Shown here: piece after piece, positions 45,504 to 53,404 of the stretch
Numbering within the stretch: the first letter of the stretch is position 1
Layout of the letters: each line of letters opens with the position of its first letter
NCBI GenBank assembly: GCA_046538485.1
Contig: JBKHIT010000019.1
Location: 11,116 to 75,115 of the forward strand
Length of the DNA stretch: 64,000 nt
Direction: 5' to 3'
Origin: Candidatus Brocadiia bacterium
GTDB taxonomy: Bacteria > Planctomycetota > Brocadiia > SM23-32
The notes under the pieces: generated by a model
Databases searched by the model: none
What the model was told of the DNA's origin: nothing
Seen by the model: the letters and a program-made list of their open reading frames with translations, nothing else
Translations under genes and position numbers: made by a program

Positions 45504-46091
45504 ATGTCAGAACAATTTACGATCGATCCCGATAGAGATGCGTTAATTCTCGTCGATGTGCAAAACGATTTTTGTCCCGGGGGGCCTTTGGCAGTCCCGG
45601 ACGGGGGTGAAATTGTCGAACCGCTTAATTCGTGGCTGGACAATACCTCTGTTCTCAAAATTGCGACGCGAGACTGGCATCCGGAAAACCACTGCTCGTT
45701 TATGAATCAGGGCGGGCCCTGGCCTCCACACGGTGTCCAGAATACCGAAGGAGCCCGTCTCCATCCGGATTTGCACGAAGACCGGATCGACCAAATCGTC
45801 TCTAAAGCGACTGAGCCCGACCAGGAGGCTTACTCGGGGTTCGATGCACCTGATCTTCAAAACATTCTTCAGGACAAAGGGGTAGAGAGACTCTGGATAG
45901 GGGGGCTGGCTACGGATTATTGTGTCCGCGCGACAGTGCTTGATGCGTGCGAGATGGCTTATGAAGTCTTCGTTATTGAGGAAGCCATCAGGGGAATAGA
46001 CGTGGAGGCGGGAGATGTCGACCGGGCGCATTCGGAGATGGAAGAAGCCGGCGCGCGGTTTGTGTCAAACGATGAGGTCCTGTTCCGCTAA
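45504..46091 (+). CDS. pncA: nicotinamidase/pyrazinamidase (isochorismatase family)
   Basis: ALILVDVQNDFCPGGPLAVPDG, RDWHPENHCSF, GLATDYCVRATVLDA. Confidence 0.9.
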   Translation: MSEQFTIDPDRDALILVDVQNDFCPGGPLAVPDGGEIVEPLNSWLDNTSVLKIATRDWHPENHCSFMNQGGPWPPHGVQNTEGARLHPDLHEDRIDQIVSKATEPDQEAYSGFDAPDLQNILQDKGVERLWIGGLATDYCVRATVLDACEMAYEVFVIEEAIRGIDVEAGDVDRAHSEMEEAGARFVSNDEVLFR

Positions 46092-46129
46092 ATGTGTGAG
46101 CAGGTGAGAATGGCGGGAAAGGAGATCGT

Positions 46130-46774
46130 TTGAAACTCCGACGGCGCGAAATTCCAGTTTTTATTTTTAACTGCATTTACCTTGTAATTTTCGGTGGGAT
46201 ATCATTGGTTCCGCCGATCAACTACGAGTTTGTTCTATATGCTGGTGTGATCGTCGTCTTCTTCCTGTTGATTCTATTTTCACAGCGGAAAGTCGAGTTC
46301 CCCCTGTTTATTCTATGGGGATTGACTTCGTGGGGCTTTCTACACATGGGGGGTGGGCATATATCTGTGGGGGAAGGGAGGCTATACGATCTTGTACTGA
46401 TCCCCATCGTAACACGAGGTGAAGATGCAATTCTGCGCTACGATCATGTTGTTCACACGATCGGTTTCGGTATGGCTACGATCGTGTGTTTCCATCTTAT
46501 CAAGGGGCGGTTGAGATCCGACAAGCGAGGCCTGGTGCTGGCGTCTCTGGTTGCGCTTATGGGCATGGGGCTGGGCGCTTTGAACGAGGTGATCGAATTG
46601 ATCGTGGTGCTCGTTGTTCCGGAAAGCGGGGTTGGGGGGTATTACAATACGACGTTCGATTTGCTTTTTAATATGATCGGTGCAATCCTTGCCGTTCTGC
46701 TCCTCCGCGTCACCGGCTATCTCGGGAGCATGACAGACGAGGCTGCAGGGGACGAATCTGCACTTGGCTCTTAA
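46130..46774 (+). CDS. multi-pass membrane protein, hypothetical (possibly DUF2238/YjdF-like)
   Basis: TTG start, 6-7 hydrophobic helices. The family assignment is tentative. Confidence 0.6.
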   Translation: MKLRRREIPVFIFNCIYLVIFGGISLVPPINYEFVLYAGVIVVFFLLILFSQRKVEFPLFILWGLTSWGFLHMGGGHISVGEGRLYDLVLIPIVTRGEDAILRYDHVVHTIGFGMATIVCFHLIKGRLRSDKRGLVLASLVALMGMGLGALNEVIELIVVLVVPESGVGGYYNTTFDLLFNMIGAILAVLLLRVTGYLGSMTDEAAGDESALGS

Positions 46775-48603
46775 AAGCCGGTTGGCTGCGGTGGCCGGGT
46801 ATGATTAATATCCTCGTATCGCATGCGAAGAAGTCTGCGGGTGAGGTTTCTAAGGTAACCTTTTGAACCGGTTTGCCTGTCGAGTATGTCTTTCAGGATA
46901 TCATTATGTTTGCCTTTATTGCCGTTTTTGAGGTGAAGTTTTGCCAGGCGAAGGCCGACTGCGAACCATGTTGTCTGCATCGCTGAGATGGTCTTGCGGC
47001 TTTTTGGGAGCCTTTCAAACAGTCCTTCATGCAATTTTATAGCGGCCTCGATATCTCTATCATCAAGCATGATTCGTGTGGCATTGTCCAGAAGCGGGAT
47101 CATTACGTCTTTAGCTCCTCTTCCACCGACGGCGGATTTTTTGTAGACCGAAAGGGCTTTATCGTTCCGACGGACTGATTCCAGGTACTTGCCCTCCAGA
47201 AGTCTCACACGCCCCCTGACCTCGTATTCATCCGGGAATTTCTCGGCAATATGATCATAGACCATGAGGCGGGCCTTTGTGTTCTCAGGTTCGATCGCAG
47301 TAACGAGTGTTTCAAAAGCACTTGCAACAAGTTTCGGATAGTGTCGCAGTTCCTTACAAAACTTATCAATACCCGTCATAAGTTCCGTGGTCGAAAAATC
47401 ACCAGTTTTAGCAATCTTGGTGTAAGTCTCCCATTGGGCGTTGTCATAGACACACGAACGCAGAGATTTGAACAAAGCCGCTTTGGCCTGGGGGTTATGT
47501 TTTTCCTGATGAAGGATCTGAGCCGTGTCACACCATACGCGAGCTTTGTGGCGAGTCTCCTCTGGATATTTCAGAGCACTGAGGGCGTAGTCCAAATGGT
47601 GTTCGGATACATGTTCCCCAATCTGTGGATCAGTAAGTTTCCCCACGGCCACTTTTTCACTCGACAGGCGTCCGGTGTCGCAATCCCACTCGTAACCGCC
47701 GCCCTCCCGTTTGAGATAGCCGATCCAGGCGTGCTGCTCTCCCCGTCCAGTGGTGGCTCGGATAAATACACTGGGGATACCACATGCCTTTCCGACTTCA
47801 GAAGCAAAAATAGCAGCTTCGCGGCAGACTCCACCGTGTTTTTTGATATTGGGAAGCGTTAAAGCATGGTTGGAAATCTCTTTCTTCTTACCCTTCAAAT
47901 AAGCATCATCATCGTATTTATCCAGCCAGATGCTTTTGTATACTTCTCCCATATCGTTTTCACGGTGGTAATTTTTCAGCGCCCACATTCGTTCTTGCAT
48001 CTTGCGACTGCTATCGATGACATATTTTGAGACCTGGTGAGGCATTTTCCTGAGGTCAAAGCGCATGCGGCGAGCATACTTCGTATAGAAATTGACCGAG
48101 TCGATCATTTCCTGATCTTCATTAACGCGTGAGTCCCAGACAACCGCGTAGGCAAATGCAAGTTCCGGAAACGTTTCGACCTTCGCCATCGAATTCTTCA
48201 ATAATTGTAGGATTATTTCAAAACAGCGCCCGGGATCGTCCTGAGGTTCGATAGCCATCAAAAATCGTTTGTTGAAAGACGGATTATTTAGCAGCCATTT
48301 CGTGAGGTTATCCCGGTCTTTTTTCAGAAGGATCTCGTCCTCCATGAAGGGATAAAAATGGCAGATGTAATAATAATAATGGAGTTTTTGGAGCTTTTTG
48401 TAAGGGGGCATGTTGGGCTGTGTACAGAGGTCGATAATCGATTCTTTGAAGTGGGTTTTCCCCTCTCTCCAGCGACGTTTCTGTATGTAGTCTGCCCAAT
48501 CGGAGTCGGTTGCTGCCCGGCGGCGTGGTGCGCCGCCAAATGTCACGGACTGCGACACTAACGCGAGGATGAGCAAAGCACAATAGACGTTGATCTTTTC
48601 CAT
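46771..48603 (-). CDS. secreted transglutaminase-like (Cys-His-Asp core) protein with a helical repeat C-terminal half
   Basis: SD GAGGAG before ATG 48603. Signal MEKINVYCALLILALVSQSVTFG. Core GGVCREAAIFASEVGKACGIPSVFIR...EQHAWIGYLK...EWDCDTG. The ORF-track GVG-type start at 48645 (GTG) is less likely. Confidence 0.75.
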   Translation of the reverse strand: MEKINVYCALLILALVSQSVTFGGAPRRRAATDSDWADYIQKRRWREGKTHFKESIIDLCTQPNMPPYKKLQKLHYYYYICHFYPFMEDEILLKKDRDNLTKWLLNNPSFNKRFLMAIEPQDDPGRCFEIILQLLKNSMAKVETFPELAFAYAVVWDSRVNEDQEMIDSVNFYTKYARRMRFDLRKMPHQVSKYVIDSSRKMQERMWALKNYHRENDMGEVYKSIWLDKYDDDAYLKGKKKEISNHALTLPNIKKHGGVCREAAIFASEVGKACGIPSVFIRATTGRGEQHAWIGYLKREGGGYEWDCDTGRLSSEKVAVGKLTDPQIGEHVSEHHLDYALSALKYPEETRHKARVWCDTAQILHQEKHNPQAKAALFKSLRSCVYDNAQWETYTKIAKTGDFSTTELMTGIDKFCKELRHYPKLVASAFETLVTAIEPENTKARLMVYDHIAEKFPDEYEVRGRVRLLEGKYLESVRRNDKALSVYKKSAVGGRGAKDVMIPLLDNATRIMLDDRDIEAAIKLHEGLFERLPKSRKTISAMQTTWFAVGLRLAKLHLKNGNKGKHNDILKDILDRQTGSKGYLRNLTRRLLRMRYEDINHTRPPQPTGF

Positions 48604-48926
48604 CGTTAAGCTCCTCTGCGTGTGTTTAACGCCCCCGTCATCCACCTACGGTACCTTTTCTTACGACATGTGTCAAGATTCCCATCGTTTTTACAGCACC
48701 GCATATTTGGTTCCATCCTTCGCCTGTGCGGGCATATTGCCTCGAGAATCATGGATATTCTCCCTGAAAGGAGGGGGGCTGACATGAGCAAGATATACCG
48801 AGCTGAGGTGTTTTTCAAGAAAAACATTGCACAGTGCGACGCTACCCTCAGCTGCCGTGTGTACTCAAGATATCCATCTGGTGCTTTTTAGATACAAATA
48901 CTTGGGCGCACCGATCCAGGGGGGGA

Positions 48927-49002
48927 TGGTGGAGAAGAGGGGATTCGAACCCCCGGCCTCGGCAATGCGAGTGCCGCGCTCTCCCAGCTGAGCTACTTCC
49001 CC
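48927..49002 (-). tRNA. tRNA-Ala (anticodon CGC), CCA encoded
   Basis: The reverse complement GGGGAAG-TA-GCTC-AGCTGGGA-GAGC-G-CGGCA-CTCGCAT-TGCCG-AGGCC-GGGGG-TTCGAAT-CCCCT-CTTCTCC-ACCA folds as a cloverleaf. A G3:U70 pair is present. Confidence 0.9.
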
Positions 49003-49085
49003 ACCCGAGAATTGTATTATAGGGGAGCCACGAATTCCGCTCAAGCGGGCCGGGGTGATAAAAACAAGGAGGACTCAGCGCAGAC

Positions 49086-49370
49086 CTATGCAACTTTGCG
49101 GCGTACAGGAACCAGTGGCTGGTATTCGGGGAGAAGAATTGGTTCAAAGACTTCTTCACCGATGATGTCAATACGGGCCTGAACGCTCAACAGGTGGCCA
49201 TCAGGCGTTGTGACCATTAAGTGCGTTCTGTTGCATTTCGCGCACGAAAATATCCATGGCAGAAGCGTGGGCATTTCAGGGAATGAGTTCGCGCCGTGAA
49301 CAACAGGGTGAAGGTTGCCGCCACAGTGTGTACACGGGGGAAACGGTGATATCATGGGCTGAACCTCCAT
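49086..49370 (-). CDS. small zinc-ribbon-like protein, hypothetical
   Basis: CTHCGG ... CAKCN (two CxxC pairs). No other support. Confidence 0.35.
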   Translation of the reverse strand: MEVQPMISPFPPCTHCGGNLHPVVHGANSFPEMPTLLPWIFSCAKCNRTHLMVTTPDGHLLSVQARIDIIGEEVFEPILLPEYQPLVPVRRKVA

Positions 49371-49674
49371 AACTGAACATGCGATTTCGAATTCAAAAAT
49401 TGCCGGAAATTGCTCACGTAATGACCCGCTGACGAATACTACCTATCCGAACTGTATCTGAAACAAATAGAATGTACTGTCTGCGGCGAGCGAAATGCAA
49501 AGAAAATGTCGGCAAATTGCGCCAAAACCGCTGAAACAGCCCAGTAATGGGGTCAGAACAGTAGCAAGAAGTCCTGAAGAGAGCTGCAAATAAGGACAAA
49601 AAAGAGCGCCCAGGCGGATATATACATGACACTGTGCTTGCCAGGGGAGCCGGAAAAACATAAGATCATTTGCT

Positions 49675-49826
49675 CTAGCCCGGAGATTTTACGGATAAAT
49701 TGAACCGACTATTGCCAAATTGCACGCGGCTTGTTTATTGAACACCGTTCATAACCCTTCTGAGCCCAAAAACCGGGCTAAAAAAACGGCGCATAAATCT
49801 GGCAACTTAAAATCAGTGATCAGCAA
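49675..49826 (-). repeat. intergenic repeat family, full-length copy E (inverted relative to copy C)
   Basis: Its reverse complement aligns with 30136-30285 over the full length. The middle ~35 nt diverge, and there is a 2-nt indel in the core. Confidence 0.85.
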
Positions 49827-49981
49827 CGAGGCGAACGCTACGTTGAGAAACGATTGGCTTTAACTGCTTTTTCACAAGAACGATACAGACATCTTCCGGC
49901 ACAGTAGCACTGGCCGGAAATTGTGAACACTTCTTCTTGTTGTAAACCCTGACGCACGAACGGCATGCGCCGATTTATATG

Positions 49982-50004
49982 GCCTGCATTTGTAAGATGC
50001 AGGC
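49982..50004 (+). promoter_or_regulatory. perfect 8-bp hairpin in the 5' leader of the 50035 gene
   Basis: Stem gcctgcat / atgcaggc, loop ttgtaag, 30 nt upstream of the ATG. Confidence 0.25.
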
Positions 50005-50034
50005 TGGACACCGGCATTTTTCTGGAGACTGAAG

Positions 50035-51279
50035 ATGAACATTGTCCCTGGTGATCGTGAAATACTCCGGGCTCTGGCCAAAAAAGTCGCCGAAATAGGG
50101 CATCAACCTGTTCAAAAAGAAAAGGCGAAAATCTGGACCCGTCATAACGATCTCGATCCCGTCCGGCCGATGGTTCTTATCTTCCCGGAAGGATCCTGGC
50201 GCGAACTGCTTCCCGAACGCGATCTGAAAACGTCAAAGGATTGCCCGTTGCGGGGGATCGAAAAAGATTTTCGACGGCGTATCTATTACTGGGAACATAT
50301 GCAAGATGATAACGTTATCGAACCGGTGGTAGCATGCAGGGTCGTGATCGACAGCACCGGTTGGGGGCTGGCTGCTGAGCGAACCAATCCCGCTGAAGCG
50401 ACGGGGGCAGGTCATTTCGAGCCTGTATTGCAAACGGAAGCGGATATCGCAAAGATCAAGCCACCCCAAATCACAGTGGATTGGGAACAAACACAACGGA
50501 AATATGAGCAGATGCAAGATCTTTTCGGCGATATCCTGACTGTGGAAATCCGAGGCCGGACACGGCTTGGAACGGCTCCCATGGACACTTATTCACAGTT
50601 GCGAGGGCTAGACCAGATGTTTCTGGATCTGGTGGATAATCCGGATTTTGTTCATAAAACGATGTCGCGACTTATGGATGGCACGGTCGGCGAAATCAGG
50701 CAACTGGAAGAACAAAACGCACTAAGCCTTAACAATCGGAACCATTACGTGGGTTCAGGTGGTGTAGGATACACAACTGAGTTGCCGCAAGAAGATTTCG
50801 ACGAAGAGCATATCCGTCCGATGGATATGTGGGGGTTCGCTACCGCGCAAATTTTCTCCGAGGTCTCGCCCGGGATGCATGTAGAATTCGCGCTCAAGCA
50901 CGAGGTGCGCCTGCTCGAGCTTTGTGGGCTTAACTGCTACGGATGCTGTGAGCCACTGCACAATAAACTCGACATGGTCAAATCAATCCCCAATATACGC
51001 CGGATTTCCATCAGCCCCTGGGCCGATATCGAACAGAGCGCCGAGGAACTGGGCGCCGATTACATATTTTCCTGGAAACCAAACCCCGCGGTGCTGGCCG
51101 CCGAAAACTGGAATCCCGAGGCCGTCCGCTCAATGACAAAAGATTTCCTTGAAAAAACCCGGGGATGTGTGACCGAAATCATCATGAAGGATACTCACAC
51201 GTGCCGTGACGAGCCCCAGCGGATGTGGGAATGGACGCGCATAACGCGCGAACTTGCTGAAGATTACGCTCTGTATTGA
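50035..51279 (+). CDS. uroporphyrinogen-decarboxylase (URO-D)-like family protein, function unknown
   Basis: 414 aa. The C-terminal half (RRISISPWADIEQSAEELGADYIFSWKPNP...) resembles URO-D/MtaA-like TIM-barrel proteins and is colinear with the remnant at 52723-53315. It lies 15 nt upstream of the sulfatase. Confidence 0.55.
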   Translation: MNIVPGDREILRALAKKVAEIGHQPVQKEKAKIWTRHNDLDPVRPMVLIFPEGSWRELLPERDLKTSKDCPLRGIEKDFRRRIYYWEHMQDDNVIEPVVACRVVIDSTGWGLAAERTNPAEATGAGHFEPVLQTEADIAKIKPPQITVDWEQTQRKYEQMQDLFGDILTVEIRGRTRLGTAPMDTYSQLRGLDQMFLDLVDNPDFVHKTMSRLMDGTVGEIRQLEEQNALSLNNRNHYVGSGGVGYTTELPQEDFDEEHIRPMDMWGFATAQIFSEVSPGMHVEFALKHEVRLLELCGLNCYGCCEPLHNKLDMVKSIPNIRRISISPWADIEQSAEELGADYIFSWKPNPAVLAAENWNPEAVRSMTKDFLEKTRGCVTEIIMKDTHTCRDEPQRMWEWTRITRELAEDYALY

Positions 51280-51294
51280 CAGGATTCACAGACC

Positions 51295-52638
51295 ATGCCG
51301 AACGTTCTGCTTCTGATGTCCGACGAACACAACCCGTTCTACAGCAGCGTCGCGGCCCACAACCAGGCCCGCACGCCGAACATGGAACGCCTGGCCGAGT
51401 CGGGGACGTTTTTCCGCAACGCCTATTGTCCTTCGCCGCTGTGTATGCCGAGTCGGTCGGCGTTTATGGCCGGACGGCGGGTGCATGAGGTCCAGGCCTA
51501 CAGCAATTGCAATGCGCTGGTCCCCGATCACTGGGCCTCATACGGGCAAGTACTTGCGGACCAGGGCGCCCATACGGCCTATATCGGCAAGACCGATGTC
51601 TACGCTCCCGGCGAGGAACTGGGTTTTTCGGAGATGATGATGCCTGGAGACCGCGGTTATCCAGGAGATACAAACCATCGTCGCACACCGGTGAGTATCC
51701 GGAAAGGGTCGGCGGGCCGGGCCGACGGATACGGAACGGACGAAAATGCGGGTCAGGGAGACGTGAAGTGTGTGGACCGGGCTATTCAGTGGCTCCAGAA
51801 CACGGCACCGAAGCTCGACAAACCGTGGACGCTGACGGTCAACGTGACGAATCCGCATTTCGCGCACATTGCGCCCCCCGAATTCTGGGCACTCTACGAT
51901 GGGGGAGATCTACCGGACCATGGTTTCGAATGCGCGAGCGCCCGACATCCGTATGCCCGGGATCTGCAGGCCCATTTTGAGACCGAGCAGTTCTCCGACG
52001 AGCAGATTCGCGGTCTGCGGAAGGGCTATCGCGCCTGCGTGAGTTTTGTCGATTATCAGCTGGGCCGGGTGGTCGATGCTCTGGAGGCTGAGGGTCTCAG
52101 CGAGGAAACCGATCTGATTTACGCGTCGGATCACGGCGAAATGCTGGGGAAATTCGGGATGTGGTGGAAATGCAGTCTCTACGAAGATTCCGTGCGGGTT
52201 CCATGCGTGGCGGCCGGGCCGAGTTTTGATGCCGGCGAAATTGTCGAGACGCCTGTCGATTTGCTCGATGTCCAGGCGACTCTGTTCGATTTGGTCGATC
52301 GGGATCGACCGGACGAGTGGGTAGGGGAGCCACTGAGGGATATTCCGGCGGATGACCGACAGCGGATTGTATTTTCGGAATATCACGGCCACGGAACACG
52401 GGCCAGCGCGTATATGATTCGCCGGGGGAAATGGAAATACATCCATTACGTCGCAGCCGCAAACCAGCTTTTCGATCTCGAACATGACCCGGATGAGCTT
52501 GAGAACCTCTGTGAAACGGAGCCCGAAGTTGCGGGTGAGCTGGAAGCGGAACTGCGATCGATCTGCTCCCCGGAGGAAGAGGACCGCCGGGGCGAAGAAC
52601 TGATCGAGCAGCAGCTGGCGGCCGTGGGCAACGGATGA
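51295..52638 (+). CDS. sulfatase, canonical C-x-P-x-R
   Basis: MPNVLLLMSDEHN, CPSPLCMPSRSAFMAGR, ASDHGEMLGKFG. Confidence 0.9.
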   Translation: MPNVLLLMSDEHNPFYSSVAAHNQARTPNMERLAESGTFFRNAYCPSPLCMPSRSAFMAGRRVHEVQAYSNCNALVPDHWASYGQVLADQGAHTAYIGKTDVYAPGEELGFSEMMMPGDRGYPGDTNHRRTPVSIRKGSAGRADGYGTDENAGQGDVKCVDRAIQWLQNTAPKLDKPWTLTVNVTNPHFAHIAPPEFWALYDGGDLPDHGFECASARHPYARDLQAHFETEQFSDEQIRGLRKGYRACVSFVDYQLGRVVDALEAEGLSEETDLIYASDHGEMLGKFGMWWKCSLYEDSVRVPCVAAGPSFDAGEIVETPVDLLDVQATLFDLVDRDRPDEWVGEPLRDIPADDRQRIVFSEYHGHGTRASAYMIRRGKWKYIHYVAAANQLFDLEHDPDELENLCETEPEVAGELEAELRSICSPEEEDRRGEELIEQQLAAVGNG

Positions 52639-52722
52639 AACGGCAAAAATGGGAAGTGACACAAGGGGTAACGGGTAGTTTGTATGACTCTGGGCGTACA
52701 GACGCAGATGACAGGGGCGGGC

Positions 52723-53315
52723 TCAGGCCGGCAAATCCCGGGAATATTTCTCCATCGCGTCCATCAGGGCTTCGGCGTTCTCCAGAGAAACACCCGGATA
52801 CATTCCATGCCTCAACATTAATCCGCCGTCGGGAGAACCTAACTTTTCGACGGCGTTGCGGATATGTTTGTCGATCTTTTGGGGGGGCCAAAACGGACAA
52901 TTTTCTGGCGGTCGATGTCGAGGTCAATGCAAACGCGACCTTTCAAATTTTCCTCCATCCAATCGATACCGTTGACGAGATCCTGGAGATTGATGACTTC
53001 AACGCCGACGTCAATGATGTCTTCACAGAGCTCGCGTATATCGCCGTCGGAATGCATGTGGATGACACATCCAGCTTCCTTCGCGGGCGCGATGAGACGT
53101 CGGTAGGTTGGCTTGATGTATTTGCGGAACTGATCAGGACTGAGCATCGGGCCTTTTTGCATGCCGAGATCCTCAGGATATCCCACCCACTCGACCCCGG
53201 CGTCCACATAGCGCTGGACAAGACCCAGGTTAAAATGTTCAACCATCTCAATTAGTTCCAGAAGCCGCGGGTGCTCGACCATATCGAACAGCAGATTTTC
53301 ACGTTCTGTCATCAT
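52723..53315 (-). pseudogene. URO-D-like gene remnant: 5'-truncated and frameshifted in a G7/C7 run
   Basis: The ORF 52839-53315 encodes ...HMHSDGDIRELCEDIIDVGVEVINLQD... and ends in junk after RFGPP. Adding one base in the homopolymer at 52881-52887 restores QKIDKHIRNAVEKLGSPDGGLMLRHGMYPGVSLENAEALMDAMEKYSRDLPA, then a stop at 52725-52723. About 150-170 N-terminal residues seem to be missing. Confidence 0.6.
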
Positions 53316-53404
53316 GTTTTCTTTTTCTCTCCGTCGGAGACCCCGGTAGAATTGACTGGGTTAGTCCGGAACCGGTGAATGCAGGATAAGAGTGACGTTC
53401 TGAT

